From assembly GCF_032444005.1 (NCBI RefSeq), contig NC_091287.1, forward strand, positions 302,560,001 through 302,624,000: 64,000 bases of DNA. Reading direction: 5' to 3'. Below are positions 13,901 through 25,753 of this stretch, in pieces. The stretch is from Ranitomeya imitator (Eukaryota). The stretch's first letter is position 1. Each line of letters opens with the position of its first letter. Below the pieces are notes generated by a model, which was not told the DNA's origin, ran no database searches, and worked only from the letters and a program-made list of their open reading frames with translations. Made by a program: the position numbers and the translations under genes.

Positions 13901-15269
13901 TTCTCAAACTCCTGCCCTGGGCTTCAAGGGTGCTTATCCCTCCAGTGCTTAAGTGATTGGTGCACGGCTGCAATAATAGTCATAGCCCAGGGATGCCAAA
14001 TACATTGTTTCTGAAAGACAGTATGAGACCTTTTTTCTAATCTCATTCAACCCTTTTACCAGAAACCTTTAGCCTCTTTTTTTGGGAAATCAACTGGAGT
14101 CCAAACTAACAAACCTGCACAGATGTAGCCTATTGACATGTCCATACCACTTCCTAAAATATCAATGTTTTCTGCTTTCGCACCTTAAATTGTCTGTTAG
14201 AATGAAAAATCTGAACTGATCTGTTTCTAACACATTCTTAGATTTCAATTGTTTAGTTTGATTTTCCCACTTAGTTACATAAACATTCATATTTACCGAT
14301 CCAATTAATATACTGGGAAAGTACACTGGAAATGTAGTTGTCGGATTTTAACAACAGGAGAAAAAACGTACGTTCATTCTGTTAGTCAGATAATACAATT
14401 TGTAGCTCAATTACACAAACAAGTCACATATTCCATTTTATGGGAAAAATATTGAATACATTTAAATGAATGTAGATTTCATTGATATATTTCACACTGA
14501 GCACAGTTGTCAGGAACATATTTCCTTTTCTGCATTGCCAATGAGTGTAACATCATTATTGTAATGGATTCAAGACTTATTCATATGATTCATGGAACTG
14601 GTCTTTCATAGTAATTACTGATCCAATTGGCATACACATAATTCTGTGATCTGGCCAAGGCTATGGAACTGGCATAAATGATGGCCCTCCTGCCGGTAAC
14701 GAAACATGTCCATAGATTTCCAGACTGCTTGTTTAGTCCCATGGCTGACTGTCACCTATACCCTTAGGCAACGTGTAACCATCTGAGAAATGGGCATGGT
14801 GCCACTCAGACAGATGGGCAAGAAAGAAGTCAGACTTCATGAATGTGTTTGAAGAGGGAAGAGATTAGTTTTGAACGTCCATAGAATAGGACTAAGCTTG
14901 TGTCATCTAGTTTGTAGATGAGTAGAAATCACTTCTTAGCACACAGGGGTAGTACGGTATATGAATTTTTGTACTGGGTGAGGGAAGGAACACAAAAAAT
15001 ACTAACATGGCCGAAATGTAATTTTATTAGTCAATAAATATGTAAAGTTTCACATATTTCCAGATTTTGAATTGCAGATAATAAAGCTGCATTTTCTATG
15101 GCTGGCTCCTACCACATTCACAAAGTGTGACTAATAAGGTAGCTATTCCAATGACTATATATTAACTCCATAAGGTTACACTTTGAAAGATCAAATCCAT
15201 AAAAAAAGCCACATGTACATGAGATTTCAGAAATCTCATTCACTTGCTGGTATTAGAAAGTAATCACTG

Positions 15270-15460
15270 AGCATGATACAAAAAAATAATAATACGTAAT
15301 CAATCCATCAGTTCACAATATAGGTGCAGATACGTACACCTATACACGACACTAGGTCAAAAAAAGCATGATCATAAATATAACAAATAATTACTTATAC
15401 CACTTAAGAAATGGCAGCACCTGACGCGTTTCAAACACTACTTACTCAAAGGGATGTTAA
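15270..15460 (-). mobile_element. Degenerate Penelope-like pLTR remnant
   Basis: Minus strand ccct-ttgagtaag...tgaaa-cgcg-tc-agg resembles the hammerhead motif of the other PLE pieces. Confidence 0.4.
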
Positions 15461-16509
15461 CATGCATATAAAAACATACAATACAGCATTTTTTTTACTC
15501 TTTACTTTTTTATAGTTAGTTCTAGCAGTTTGTCACTTAACAAAGAGCATTTTTTCACTTAATATTGGTCTTTTATTGTGTGAAAAAGCACAAACTTAAA
15601 TTTTTTTTCTCAAACATTATTGTTAAAGAAAAAATAAAAATTATCATTTTTTAATTAGTTATTTTTATTTCTTATGCAAAACGTCCTCTAAAAAGTGCAA
15701 AAATACACTTTTTGTAGAATTTCTTGCACAAGTTTATTTCCTTTGAAAGTCCAAAATGACTGTCATACTGTATAGATTAGAAAAAGATTAATATTCAATC
15801 TCCAAAGTTTCAGCATGCTGTTTTTTTAACAGATAGACATTAGACGAAGTGTGAAGGCACAGTGCCAATCAGAGAGTTTTTTTATTTTAGACAACTGACA
15901 ACTTGGCTGTTAAAAATTTTGGGCAGCCAACATTTTTAATAAACAAAGCAGTAAACCTTAATGAATGATAACTTTTTAATCACAAGCCTACAACTCAATA
16001 GACTGACATGAGCCGATTGCCAGCATTCACTGCGATCTGTAAAATAATGATCATTGCACTCCACTGACATTGATCTGCTCATGTACTACTTTCCTTGTAT
16101 GGACACAACCATTTTCTTCATTGATAAAAGTCCCCTATTTTTATAGACTATCCAAGAACATGTAGACTGTTTACAACCCTGCAATGTGTTATACAGTAAG
16201 GGCTCATTCAAATGTGGTTAAGGAAACAGAATTACTTTAGATGGAAATGTTTAGATGTTTCTATTATTTCTCCATTTTACTTTATAACTGCTTATTTTGT
16301 GTGTTGCTTCATTATTATCTTTTTATACCTTTTTCTTGTAAGTACTGTATTTTTTATGTTAAAGCTTAAAATATTCAAATGTTTGTGCCTGTATACACTA
16401 AATCCAATAATCCATAGCCTTTCAGAGAGTGTGTGGCCTTTTGACTGTCGGACAGTGATGTATATTTCGGAGACTCATCTGTAAGGATATGGAAATGCTG
16501 ATCATGTTC

Positions 16510-17767
16510 CCCCTTCCCGACTATTACTGCGGAGGTCGGGTCTCCTGCTTTGATGTGGGCTCCGGCGGTGAGCCCGCATCAAAGCTGGGACATGTCAGCT
16601 GTTTTGTACAGCTCACATGTGCCCGCAATAGCGGCGGATGAAATCGCGATTCATCCGCCGCTATTAACTAGTTAAATGCCACTGTCAAATGCTGACAGCG
16701 GCATTTAACCGGTGCTTCCGGCTGCGCAGTCGAAAATGCGTGCATCGCCAACCCCGTCACATGATCGGGGGTCAGCGATGCATCAGGATAGTAACCATAG
16801 AGGTCCTTCAGATCTCTATGGTTACTGATGCTGGCCTGCTGTGAGTGCCACCCTGTGGTCGGCGCTTATAGCAAGCCTACAATTCAGCTACATAGCAGCA
16901 GTCTGATGATCGCTGCTATGTAGCTGAGCCGATCCAGTTGTGCCAGCTTCTAGCCTCCCATGGAGGCTATTGAAGCATGGAAAAAGTAAAAAAAAAAGTT
17001 TAAAGAAATATGAAAAAAATTAAAAAATATATAAAAGTTTAAATCACCCCCCTTTCGCCCCATTCAAAATAAAACAATAATAAGAAAATCAAACCTAGAC
17101 ATATTTGGTATATCCGCGTTCAGAATCACCCAATCTATCAATAAAAAAAGGATTAACCTGATCGCTAAACAGCGTAGTGAGAAAAAATTTCGAAACGCCA
17201 GAATTACGTTTTTTTGGTCGCCACGACATTGCATTAAAATGCAATAACGCGCGATCAAAAGAACGTATCTGCACCAAAATGGTATCTTTAAAAACTTCAG
17301 CTCAGCACGCAAAACATAAGCCCTAACCTGACCCCACATCACAAAAAATGGAGACGCTTCGGGTATCGGAAAATTGCGCAATATTTTTTAACAAAGTTTG
17401 GAATTTTTTTTTACCACTTAGATAAAACGTAATCTAGACATGTTTGGTGTCTATGAACTCGTAATGACCTGAAGAATCATAATGGCAGGTCAGTTTTAGC
17501 ATTTAGTAAACATAGCAAAAAAGCTAAACAAAAAACAAGTGTAGGATTGCACTTTTTTTGCAATTTTACCGCACTTGGAATTTTTTTCCTGTTTTCTAGT
17601 ACATGACATGCTAAATCCAGTGATGTTGTTCAAAAGTGCAACTTGTCCCGCAAAAAACAAGCCCTGATGTGGCCATATTGACGGAAAAATAAAACAGTTA
17701 TGGCTCTGGGAAGGAGGGGAGCGAAAAACGAGAACGCAAAAAACGGAAAAGGGCAAGGTCTTGAAGG
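16510..17767 (+). mobile_element. Degraded copy of the piggyBac-like ~1.25-kb MITE
   Basis: Colinear with 34263-35499; TIRs eroded. Confidence 0.85.
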
Positions 17768-17799
17768 CATATGTATCATTATAATGTTTTGGTGTTTAA

Positions 17800-18835
17800 T
17801 GATTTGACTGGCTAGTGATGAAGCTGTGTCCTGCCCAGCAACAGGTAGTAGTCAGGGACAGTTAAAGTTAATCGTTGGGACTTGACCAGATTGGAAGGGG
17901 GCCTGCTAAAGGGACAAGAGACAGTTTCCAGTAGCAAGTAAGAAAGAGTCCAGAGTATGCAGAGAAAAGACCCTAGGTCTAGTTTGAGCAGTGCTACATG
18001 CAGTGGGTGTCCCTATGGCAAGAGAGGAACCACTTAATCAGATAGTAAGAATCTTCAAGAGAAGAGATAACAGAGAAGAGAGCAACAATCCAAATTGGGA
18101 CAGAGAGAGAGGGAAAAAAAATATTGAGGCTATGGTCAGGGAGCATACCAGTACAGTACGGAATCTTAGGTCAGAGAGGCAATGGAAGACAAACGTAAAG
18201 GAAAGCATGAAGAAGAGAACATGTATATGGAGTCTATGAGTCTTGTGGACTTTACTTTGGAAGTGCTTTTGAGGAGTCGAATCGACAAAACCCCACTTTG
18301 TGAGGTTCTCATTAGTCAGCCAGGAACTGAAAGTAGCTGTCAAGGGCCGTAGCGTTATACCTCAACCCATACAGTCCCTGCAGAGGAAAATTGTTGTGAG
18401 GGGCAGATGCGAAACATCTCAACCCGTGTGGTCCCCATAGTGGAAACGGGAAGCTCCTAACAGAGTGTACTGGGCTGTGAAAAGAGTCGAGGAAGTAACT
18501 GACTAAGACAGAGTGTTTTCAGCAAAGAAGATTATGTCACCTGGTAAGTGTTAACTGTTACTAAAGAAACGTTCTTGAAGATAAATGCCTACTATCTCCT
18601 GTGTATAGTTCATACCAAGTAATTCTTCAGTAAAAGGAAGTTCATTTTTAAATGGTGGTCTCCCTCATTGAACTGTTAAACATCTGGTCCTGGCAAATCA
18701 GCAATATTGGTTACATGCAACCTGCACGGGTGTAGCGTCCTCACAGAACAAATCCACCCATCCAGCCAGGACTCACCAATTTCATGCAACGTGCTGGGGC
18801 GTTGGAAAGAGTACTTCACCCATGGCTGCACATCA
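17800..18835. mobile_element. Probable old solo LTR, same family as 10146-10991
   Basis: Shared block aatggtggtctccctcatt...ggtcctggcaaa...gccaggac; boundaries uncertain. Confidence 0.4.
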
Positions 18836-19240
18836 CTCCATGTGTTTGATGAGTGGTGGCAGCATGTTATTTAGATGAGATGTGTGGACTTTGCCAGGGT
18901 GTGATTTATGCTCACTTTGCAGGCTATAACAGAAGTCGAGTGCAAGATTGAGTGAAAGTAGATATATTAAGGCTAGGTTCACATTAGCGTCTGTGTGTGC
19001 AGCGTATCATCTGCTTGCGCAAAGGAATGCCAAAACGCATACAAACGCATGCTTACGCAACGTTTATATCTGCATCATCTTACACATGATGGCAAAAAAC
19101 GCTGCGTGTGCATGCGTTTTTGCATGCGTTTGCGTTGTTTATGCCCATGCGTTTGATATTTCCATTGCTTTTACAGTAGCTTTTCCTTGACATCAGACAT
19201 CCAATAGGTGTGTCTCATGGGATTTCTATATATATATATA

Positions 19241-20879
19241 CAGTTAGGCCCATATATATTTGGACAGAGACAACATTTTTCTAATTTTGGTTATAGACAT
19301 TACCACAAAGAATTTTAAACACAGCAATTAAGATGCAGTTGAAGATCAGACTTTCAGCTTTCATTTGAGGGTATCCACATTAAAATTGGTTGAAGGGTTT
19401 AGGAGTTTCAGCTCCCTAACATGTGCCACCCTGTTTTTAAAGGGACCAAAAGTAATTGGACAGATTCAATAATTTTAAATAAAATGTTCATTTTTAGTAC
19501 TTGGTTGAAAACCCTTGGTTGGCAATGACTGCCTGAAGTCTTGAACTCATGGACATCACCAGACGCTGTGTTTCCTCCTTTTTGATGCTCTGCCAGGCCT
19601 TCACTGTGGTGGTTTTCAGTTGCTGTTTGTTTGTGGGCCTTTCTGTCTGAAGTTTAGTCTTTAACAAGTGAAATGCATGCTCAATTGGGTTGAGATCAGG
19701 TGACTGACTTGGCCATTTAAGAATATTCCACTTCTTTGCTTTAATAAACTCCTGGGTTGCTTTGGCTTTATGTTTTGGGTCATTGTCCATCTGTATGAAA
19801 TGAGACCGATCAGTTTTGCTGCATTTGGCCGGATCTGAGCACACAGTATGTCTCTGAATACCTCAGAATTCATTCGGCTGCTTCTGTCCTGTGTCGCATC
19901 ATCAATAAACACTAGTGACCCAGTGCCACTGGCAGCCATGCATGCCCAAGCCATCACACTGCCTCCGCCGTGTTTTACAGATGATGTGGTATGCTTTGGA
20001 GCTGTACCACGCCTTCACCATACTTTTCTCTTTCCATCATTCTGGTAGAGGTTGATCATGGTTTCATCTATCCAAAGAATGTTCTTCCAGAACTGTGCTG
20101 GCTTTTTTAGATGTTTTTTAGCAAAGTCCAGTCTTACCTTTTTATTCTTGATGATTATGAGTGGCTTGCACCGTGCAGTGAACCCTCTGTATTTACTTTC
20201 ATGCAGTCTTCTCTTTATGGTAGATTTGGATATTGTTACGCCTACCTCCTGGAGAGTGTTGCTCACTTGGTTGGCTGTTGTGAAGGGGATTTTCTTCACC
20301 ATGGAGATTATTCTGCGATCATCCACCACTGTTGTCTTCCGTGGGCGCCCAGGTCTTTTTGCATTGATGAGTTCACCAGTGCTTTCTTTCTTTCTTAGGA
20401 TGTACCAAACTGTAGATTTTGCCACTCCTAATATTGTAGCAATTTCTCGGATGGGTTTTTTTCTGTCTTCGCAGCGTAAGGATGGCTTGTTTCACCTGCA
20501 TGGAGAGCTCCTTTGACGGCATGTTTACTTCACAGCAAAACCTTCCAAATGCAAGAACCACACCTCAAATCAACTCCAGGCCTTTTATCTGCTTAATTGA
20601 GAAAGACGTAACAAAGGGATTGCTCACACCTGTCCATGAAATAGCCCTGGAGTCAATTGTCCAATTACTTTTGGTCCCTTTAAAAACAGGGTGGCACATG
20701 TTAGAGAGCTGAAACTTCTAAACCCTTCATCCAATTTTAATGTGGATACCCTCAAATGAAAGATGAAAGACTGAACTTCAACTGCATCTGAATTGTTTTG
20801 TTTAAAATTCATTGTGGTAATGTCGATAACCAAAATTAGAAAAATGTTGTCTCTGTCCAAATATATATGGCCCTAACTG
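19241..20879 (-). mobile_element. Full-length Tc1-like transposon, frameshifted transposase
   Basis: ~225-bp TIRs starting CAGTTAGG, flanked by (TA)n; ORF pieces with paired-like HTH, WIDET, QMDNDPKH, SPDLNPIEH. Confidence 0.93.
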
Positions 20880-21762
20880 TATATATATATATAGACACAT
20901 TGCACTGATGAAATTCTCATCTTTTGCTGCTGTATCGAGCTGCAAGATGAATCTTGACATGGACAGCTTCTATGATAATCTGGATTTACAGTTGAAATTG
21001 GCTTTTGCCTTTGCTGTGGCTTGTGAAGAAGAAATCAGAAGACAAAGATGGAGAAGACGTCATCGTCGCTATTGGCAACACTGCATCCTTGAACTCTGAG
21101 AGAGAGCCTTGGAGCCTACCACTTGTTGTACACAGAGCTGTGTAAAAACCCGGAGAGGTTTTTTGACTACACGAGGATGTCAGAACAGAGCTTCAAGTGT
21201 CCGAGGATCCATCACCAGGCAGGACACACAACTCCGTGGAGCAATTCCTTCTGAGGAACATCTTTTGTGACCATGAGGTATGTAATTTTGAAAAACAAAC
21301 AAGTCAATAGTATTATTGTTAGAAAAGCCATGTATTTTTTTTTCCATTTTATGTTTGGCAGATTCATGGCTACTGTAGAGACCTTATAATCTCTACATTT
21401 TCAATTCTGGATTGGAGTGTCCACCCTTTCTGGGATTGTTGGAGACACCTGCCGTGCTTTATATGACGTTCTGAGTCAAGAATTCCTCCCGCAACCCACA
21501 ACTGAACTCTGGCTGCAAAATGGAGCAAAATTTTAAAACATTTGTAATTTTCCTAACTGTGTGGGGGCCATGGGCGGCAAACACATTTGGATTATGAAAC
21601 CTGCTGGAAGTGGTACCGAGTATTTTAATTACAAAAAATACTTTTCGATTGTTCTCATGGTGATTACAGATGCTGAATGTCGATTTGTCGCTGTGGACGT
21701 TGGCTAATTGGATGAGAAAATGACTCTCAGACTTTCAAAAACACTGACATGGGCCAAAGTTT

Positions 21763-22347
21763 ATCAAAGGAGGAGAATAAGGAGCATATCATGGACAATA
21801 TATAATTAAATCTTTATTAATACATAAAAATGATTAAAACACGATCAGTAATAAGTCACAGCGTATAAGTTCCAATGAAGGGCCGAAAGAGGACAGTCCC
21901 TCCAAAATACCCCTAAACATATGATAGGGAAAGTCCCGCATATAATGGATAAAGCACACAATATGCTTACCAAGAGCACTATACAAGACAGGTAAGTATC
22001 AGGCAGAGCAGTAAAGTCAAACTAGCTATTCAAAAGCAACACCCATGTGGACTGCAGATGCATATGGTCAAATAATAGCGCAATACCAGTGTACACTCAC
22101 CAGACAGTGCAGAGGGGTGCAGAGGAGAGACACAGCCGGAAAGAGAGACCCCCGACGCACGTTTCGCGGCACTACAACGCCGCTTTCTCAAGGGAGAAAG
22201 CGGCGTTGCAGTGCCGCGAAACGTGATATGCTCCTTATTCTCCTCCTTTGATATGTATTGTGTGGAGCGGACTTGTTTGTCGGGGGGTGTACTATTCTAG
22301 TACTCCCATACCCAGACTGTCACAATGGTTTTGGGATTTTGCATAAT
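21763..22347 (-). mobile_element. Penelope-derived foldback insertion with 14-bp TSD
   Basis: TSD ATGGGCCAAAGTTT at 21749-21762 and 22348-22361; 29-bp inverted ends (21763-21791 / 22226-22254); 32-bp hairpin over the ribozyme motif. Confidence 0.8.
22149..22196 (-). ncRNA. Minimal type I hammerhead ribozyme, U3-A8 core variant
   Basis: ctccc-TTGAGAA-a-gcggc(gttgtagt)gccgc-GAAA-cgtgcg-TC-ggggg: stems I and II pair and the UC cleavage site is present. Confidence 0.7.
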
Positions 22348-24243
22348 ATGGGCCAAAGTTTGTATGATAATAATTTCAATTTTCCACAGCCACGACCTAT
22401 TCCGAACACTGAAGTACTGCCAATGCCATTTGTTGTGGTTGGGGATGAGGCGTTTCAAATGTGTGCCAATGTGACGCCCAGGAGACCAGGGTACCCAGCA
22501 CCGGACCAATGGGGTCTCTCTCTTGAGGGAGATGTCACGGGTGGCTTGACCCGGTGCTGTGGCTTCAGGCAATGCACAGTGTAAGGGGTATCATGAGGGA
22601 ACAGGCACTTACTTGATCAGCAGCAGGTTCTCCCAGCAGTGATGATCCTGATCCTGGATAGATGGCTATTGTCCAAATGAAAGACTGAGGCACTGAAACA
22701 TTTAACCAGTTTACTTCAACATAAAGGGATTTACAACCAGTCCTGTCACCGGAGTCTGTATGGGAACTCTGAGTTACTTTGACCCTACCGGGGTCTTCGC
22801 CTCTTATTGTACGCAGTTTCTGTGTGGCCCTGCTGCTGTATGTGAACTGGCTGCCGGCCCAATCTGTCCCCTCCGGGTCCTGGTTCGACGGGCAACCCGA
22901 GTCCTTTTATCGACTTACCCCCTCCAGGAGTACCGCTGAACTCTGTGTCTGTTGCTGCGTCCGGCCCTAGTGAAGCTGATATCACCTCACGTTTTTCCAG
23001 TTGCTGTATTATATATAATGAATACAGCCACGGATCCGGTATCCGTCTTTGCGCCTGTTCTGGGTAGTGATTAATGCTACCCGGTTCTCACAATGTCCTT
23101 TTTCTCTGTCCCTTTTCTCCTCAGGCCGGTGATTTGGGCCTGGAAACTGTCATAGGGCTGTTAGAAATTCAGCTGTATGACCTCTCACTTTCAGCTCCTT
23201 AGCCCAACTGCCAGTTCTTCTCTCAGAATGGATCAAGGGGAGTCTCTGGAGCTCCCCCTTCTGGCCGGAGGTGGTAGTGCAGTCTTGCTATTTTAGTATT
23301 TGTATTTAGTGTCAGTAACTGTTTTTGTGGCAAATACCCCTAGGGGTGCCAATGTGGCACCCCTAGGGGTATTTGCCACAAAAATAGTTACTGACACTAA
23401 ATACAAATACTAAAATAGCAAGACTGCACTACCACCTCCGGCCAGAAGGGGGAGCTCCAGAGACTCCCCTTGATCCATTCTGGGCTGAGAAAAGAACTGG
23501 CAGTTGGGCTAAGGAGCTGAAAGTGAGAGGTCATACAGCTGAATTTCTAACAGCCCTATGATGGTTTCCAGGCCCAAATCACCGGCCTGAGGAGAAGAGG
23601 GATAGAGAAAAAGGACATGGTGAGAACCGGGTAGCATTAATCACTACCCAGAACAGGCGCAAAGACGGATACCGGATCCGTGGCTGTATTCATTATATAT
23701 AACACAGCAACCGGAAAAACGTGAGGTGATATCAGCTTCACTAGGGCCGGACGCAGCAACAGTCACAGAGTTCAGCGGTACTCCTGGAGGGGGTAAGCCG
23801 ATAAAAGGACTCGGGTTGCCCGTCGAACCAGGACCCGGAGGGGACAGATTGGGCCGGCAGCCAGTTCACATACAGCAGCAGGGCCATACAGAAACTGCGT
23901 ACAATAAGAGGCGAAGACCCCGGCAGGGTCAAAGTAACTCAGAGTTCCCATACAGACTCCGGTGACAGGACTGGTTGTAAATCCCTTTATGTTGAAGTAA
24001 ACTGGTTAAATGTTTCAGTGCCTCAGTCTTTCATTTGGACAATAGCCATCTATCCAGGATCGGGATCATCACCGCTGGGAGAACCTGCTGCTGATCAAGT
24101 AAGTGCCTGTTCCCTCACGATACCCCTTACACTGTGCATTGCCTGAGGCCACAGCACCGGGTCAAGCCACCCGTGACATACCCCTCAATAGACAGACCCC
24201 ATTGGTCCGGTGCTGGGTACCCCGGTCTCCTGGGCGTCACAAT

Positions 24244-24261
24244 TGGCGTCACGAACAGGAT
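24244..24261 (+). promoter_or_regulatory. Primer-binding site complementary to a tRNA-Ser(CGA) 3' end
   Basis: TGGCGTCACGAACAGGAT, 2 nt after the LTR; matches the vertebrate Ser-CGA acceptor/T-stem sequence as I recall it. Confidence 0.7.
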
Positions 24262-24712
24262 AGAGCCAGCCCATATACCGGGTATTGTGTGCCGTGATTG
24301 GAGCCCAAAACTTTGAAAACTTGGATGAAAAATCGTGAAAATTGACTTTATTAAAGAAAATTCCGTTCCCCATTGAAAACTATTGAAAGTGACTTTTCCC
24401 CATTGGTTATAATGGAGTAAAGATGGCCGCCATCCCCTGAGGTAATCACCTCATAACCGTTAGGCACGAGACTGTTAATTGGGCTACGCCATTACCTGAG
24501 CCCCAGTCTGATTGAAAAACTTCAGAATCCGCCATTACGGAGCGCGCGGCGGGTGGGAGCAGCAGGGGGCGTGTCATTGTGGGTGGCACCAAGCTGAGCC
24601 CTCTGACGTCAGAGCAAGGGGAAACCAATCCTGCTGCACAGCAGAACGAATCTACACTATCCCGACGGAAGCGGAGGACCGGAAGGGTCCGGATTAACTA
24701 AGGGGGCACAGT

Positions 24713-25753
24713 ATGTCGCAGCACGGAGACGTCGCAGCAACCGGCAACGCTAATGCAGCTGAAAGACAGAGTGTCAATAGAGAGTCCGGCAGCGCAGCGG
24801 TGCAAGGAGTGGCGCCCATCATGCCGGTGCTGATGCCATATACCCCGGGTGGCCCGTGGCTTCCAATGTATGAAGGTGTGCCTAATACCCTTGACAATTT
24901 CAGAGAAAAGATGCTGGCCCATTTTGACATGTTCCCCGTGGGTGAAGTTCAGCATGTTAGTCTCCTGATGATGCAGTTAAGTGGCCATGCTAATTGAGAA
25001 GTCACAGCATGGGCAGCTGATCTAAAAGGCACTGTTGAACGCATATTTGCTGGATTAAAAGCTACATTTGAAACCACTGCCAGCAGCAAAGCTAAAATAC
25101 GATTCTTTAATTGCAAACAAAAAGCTAATGAGGGCGTGAGAGACTTTGCCTTAAACCTGCAGGAAGCCCTTAAATCACTTACACTGGCTGAACCCATTTT
25201 TAACACCGGAGCGGATAAACTGCTAAGAGATCAATTTATTGAGGGACTCTACACCCCTTCTCACCGGGGGCATGTGAGCATGCTTGTTTTTAAGAACCCT
25301 GAATTGACATTTGCCCAATTAAAGGAGAGCGCTATACGTCTCCAGCTGGCAGAGGCACCTCGGGATCAGGATCCTGTGCAACCCATGGCAGAGGCACCTC
25401 AACAACAGGGAGTGCCAGTGACATCAGCTATGTCCGGGGCCATTGCTAAGCCCCTGGGGCCCAGTACTAATGAGGCTCTTCAACAAAAGCTTGACTCTTT
25501 AACTGATGTTGTTGCTTCAATGGCTAAAACCATGCAGGAGATGAGAGGACCCAAGATGGAGTTGGCAAACCGTAGAGAGGATGTTCCATGGATGAGACCC
25601 CGGAGATACCCGACATGGAGAGGACGACCCCGCGACCGCTACCAACCAGATGGACAGCCCATTTGTCGCCATTGCCAGCAGCCAGGCCACTTTGCACGAG
25701 ATTGTGATTTAAACGGGAATCCCCTGGGAATGCGGGCCGCTTCGCAGGAATGA
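24713..25753 (+). pseudogene. gag: Gypsy gag with one premature stop (TGA 24995-24997)
   Basis: ORFs 24713..24997 and 25136..25753 share a frame; CRHCQQPGHFARDC zinc knuckle; the outer copy has CGA at the stop position. Confidence 0.85.

Noticed and set aside
10040-16480. Host exons in the less repetitive stretch
   Set aside because: Candidate AG...GT segments (e.g. 11320-11430, 12675-12870) gave no recognisable protein; cannot be supported without a search.
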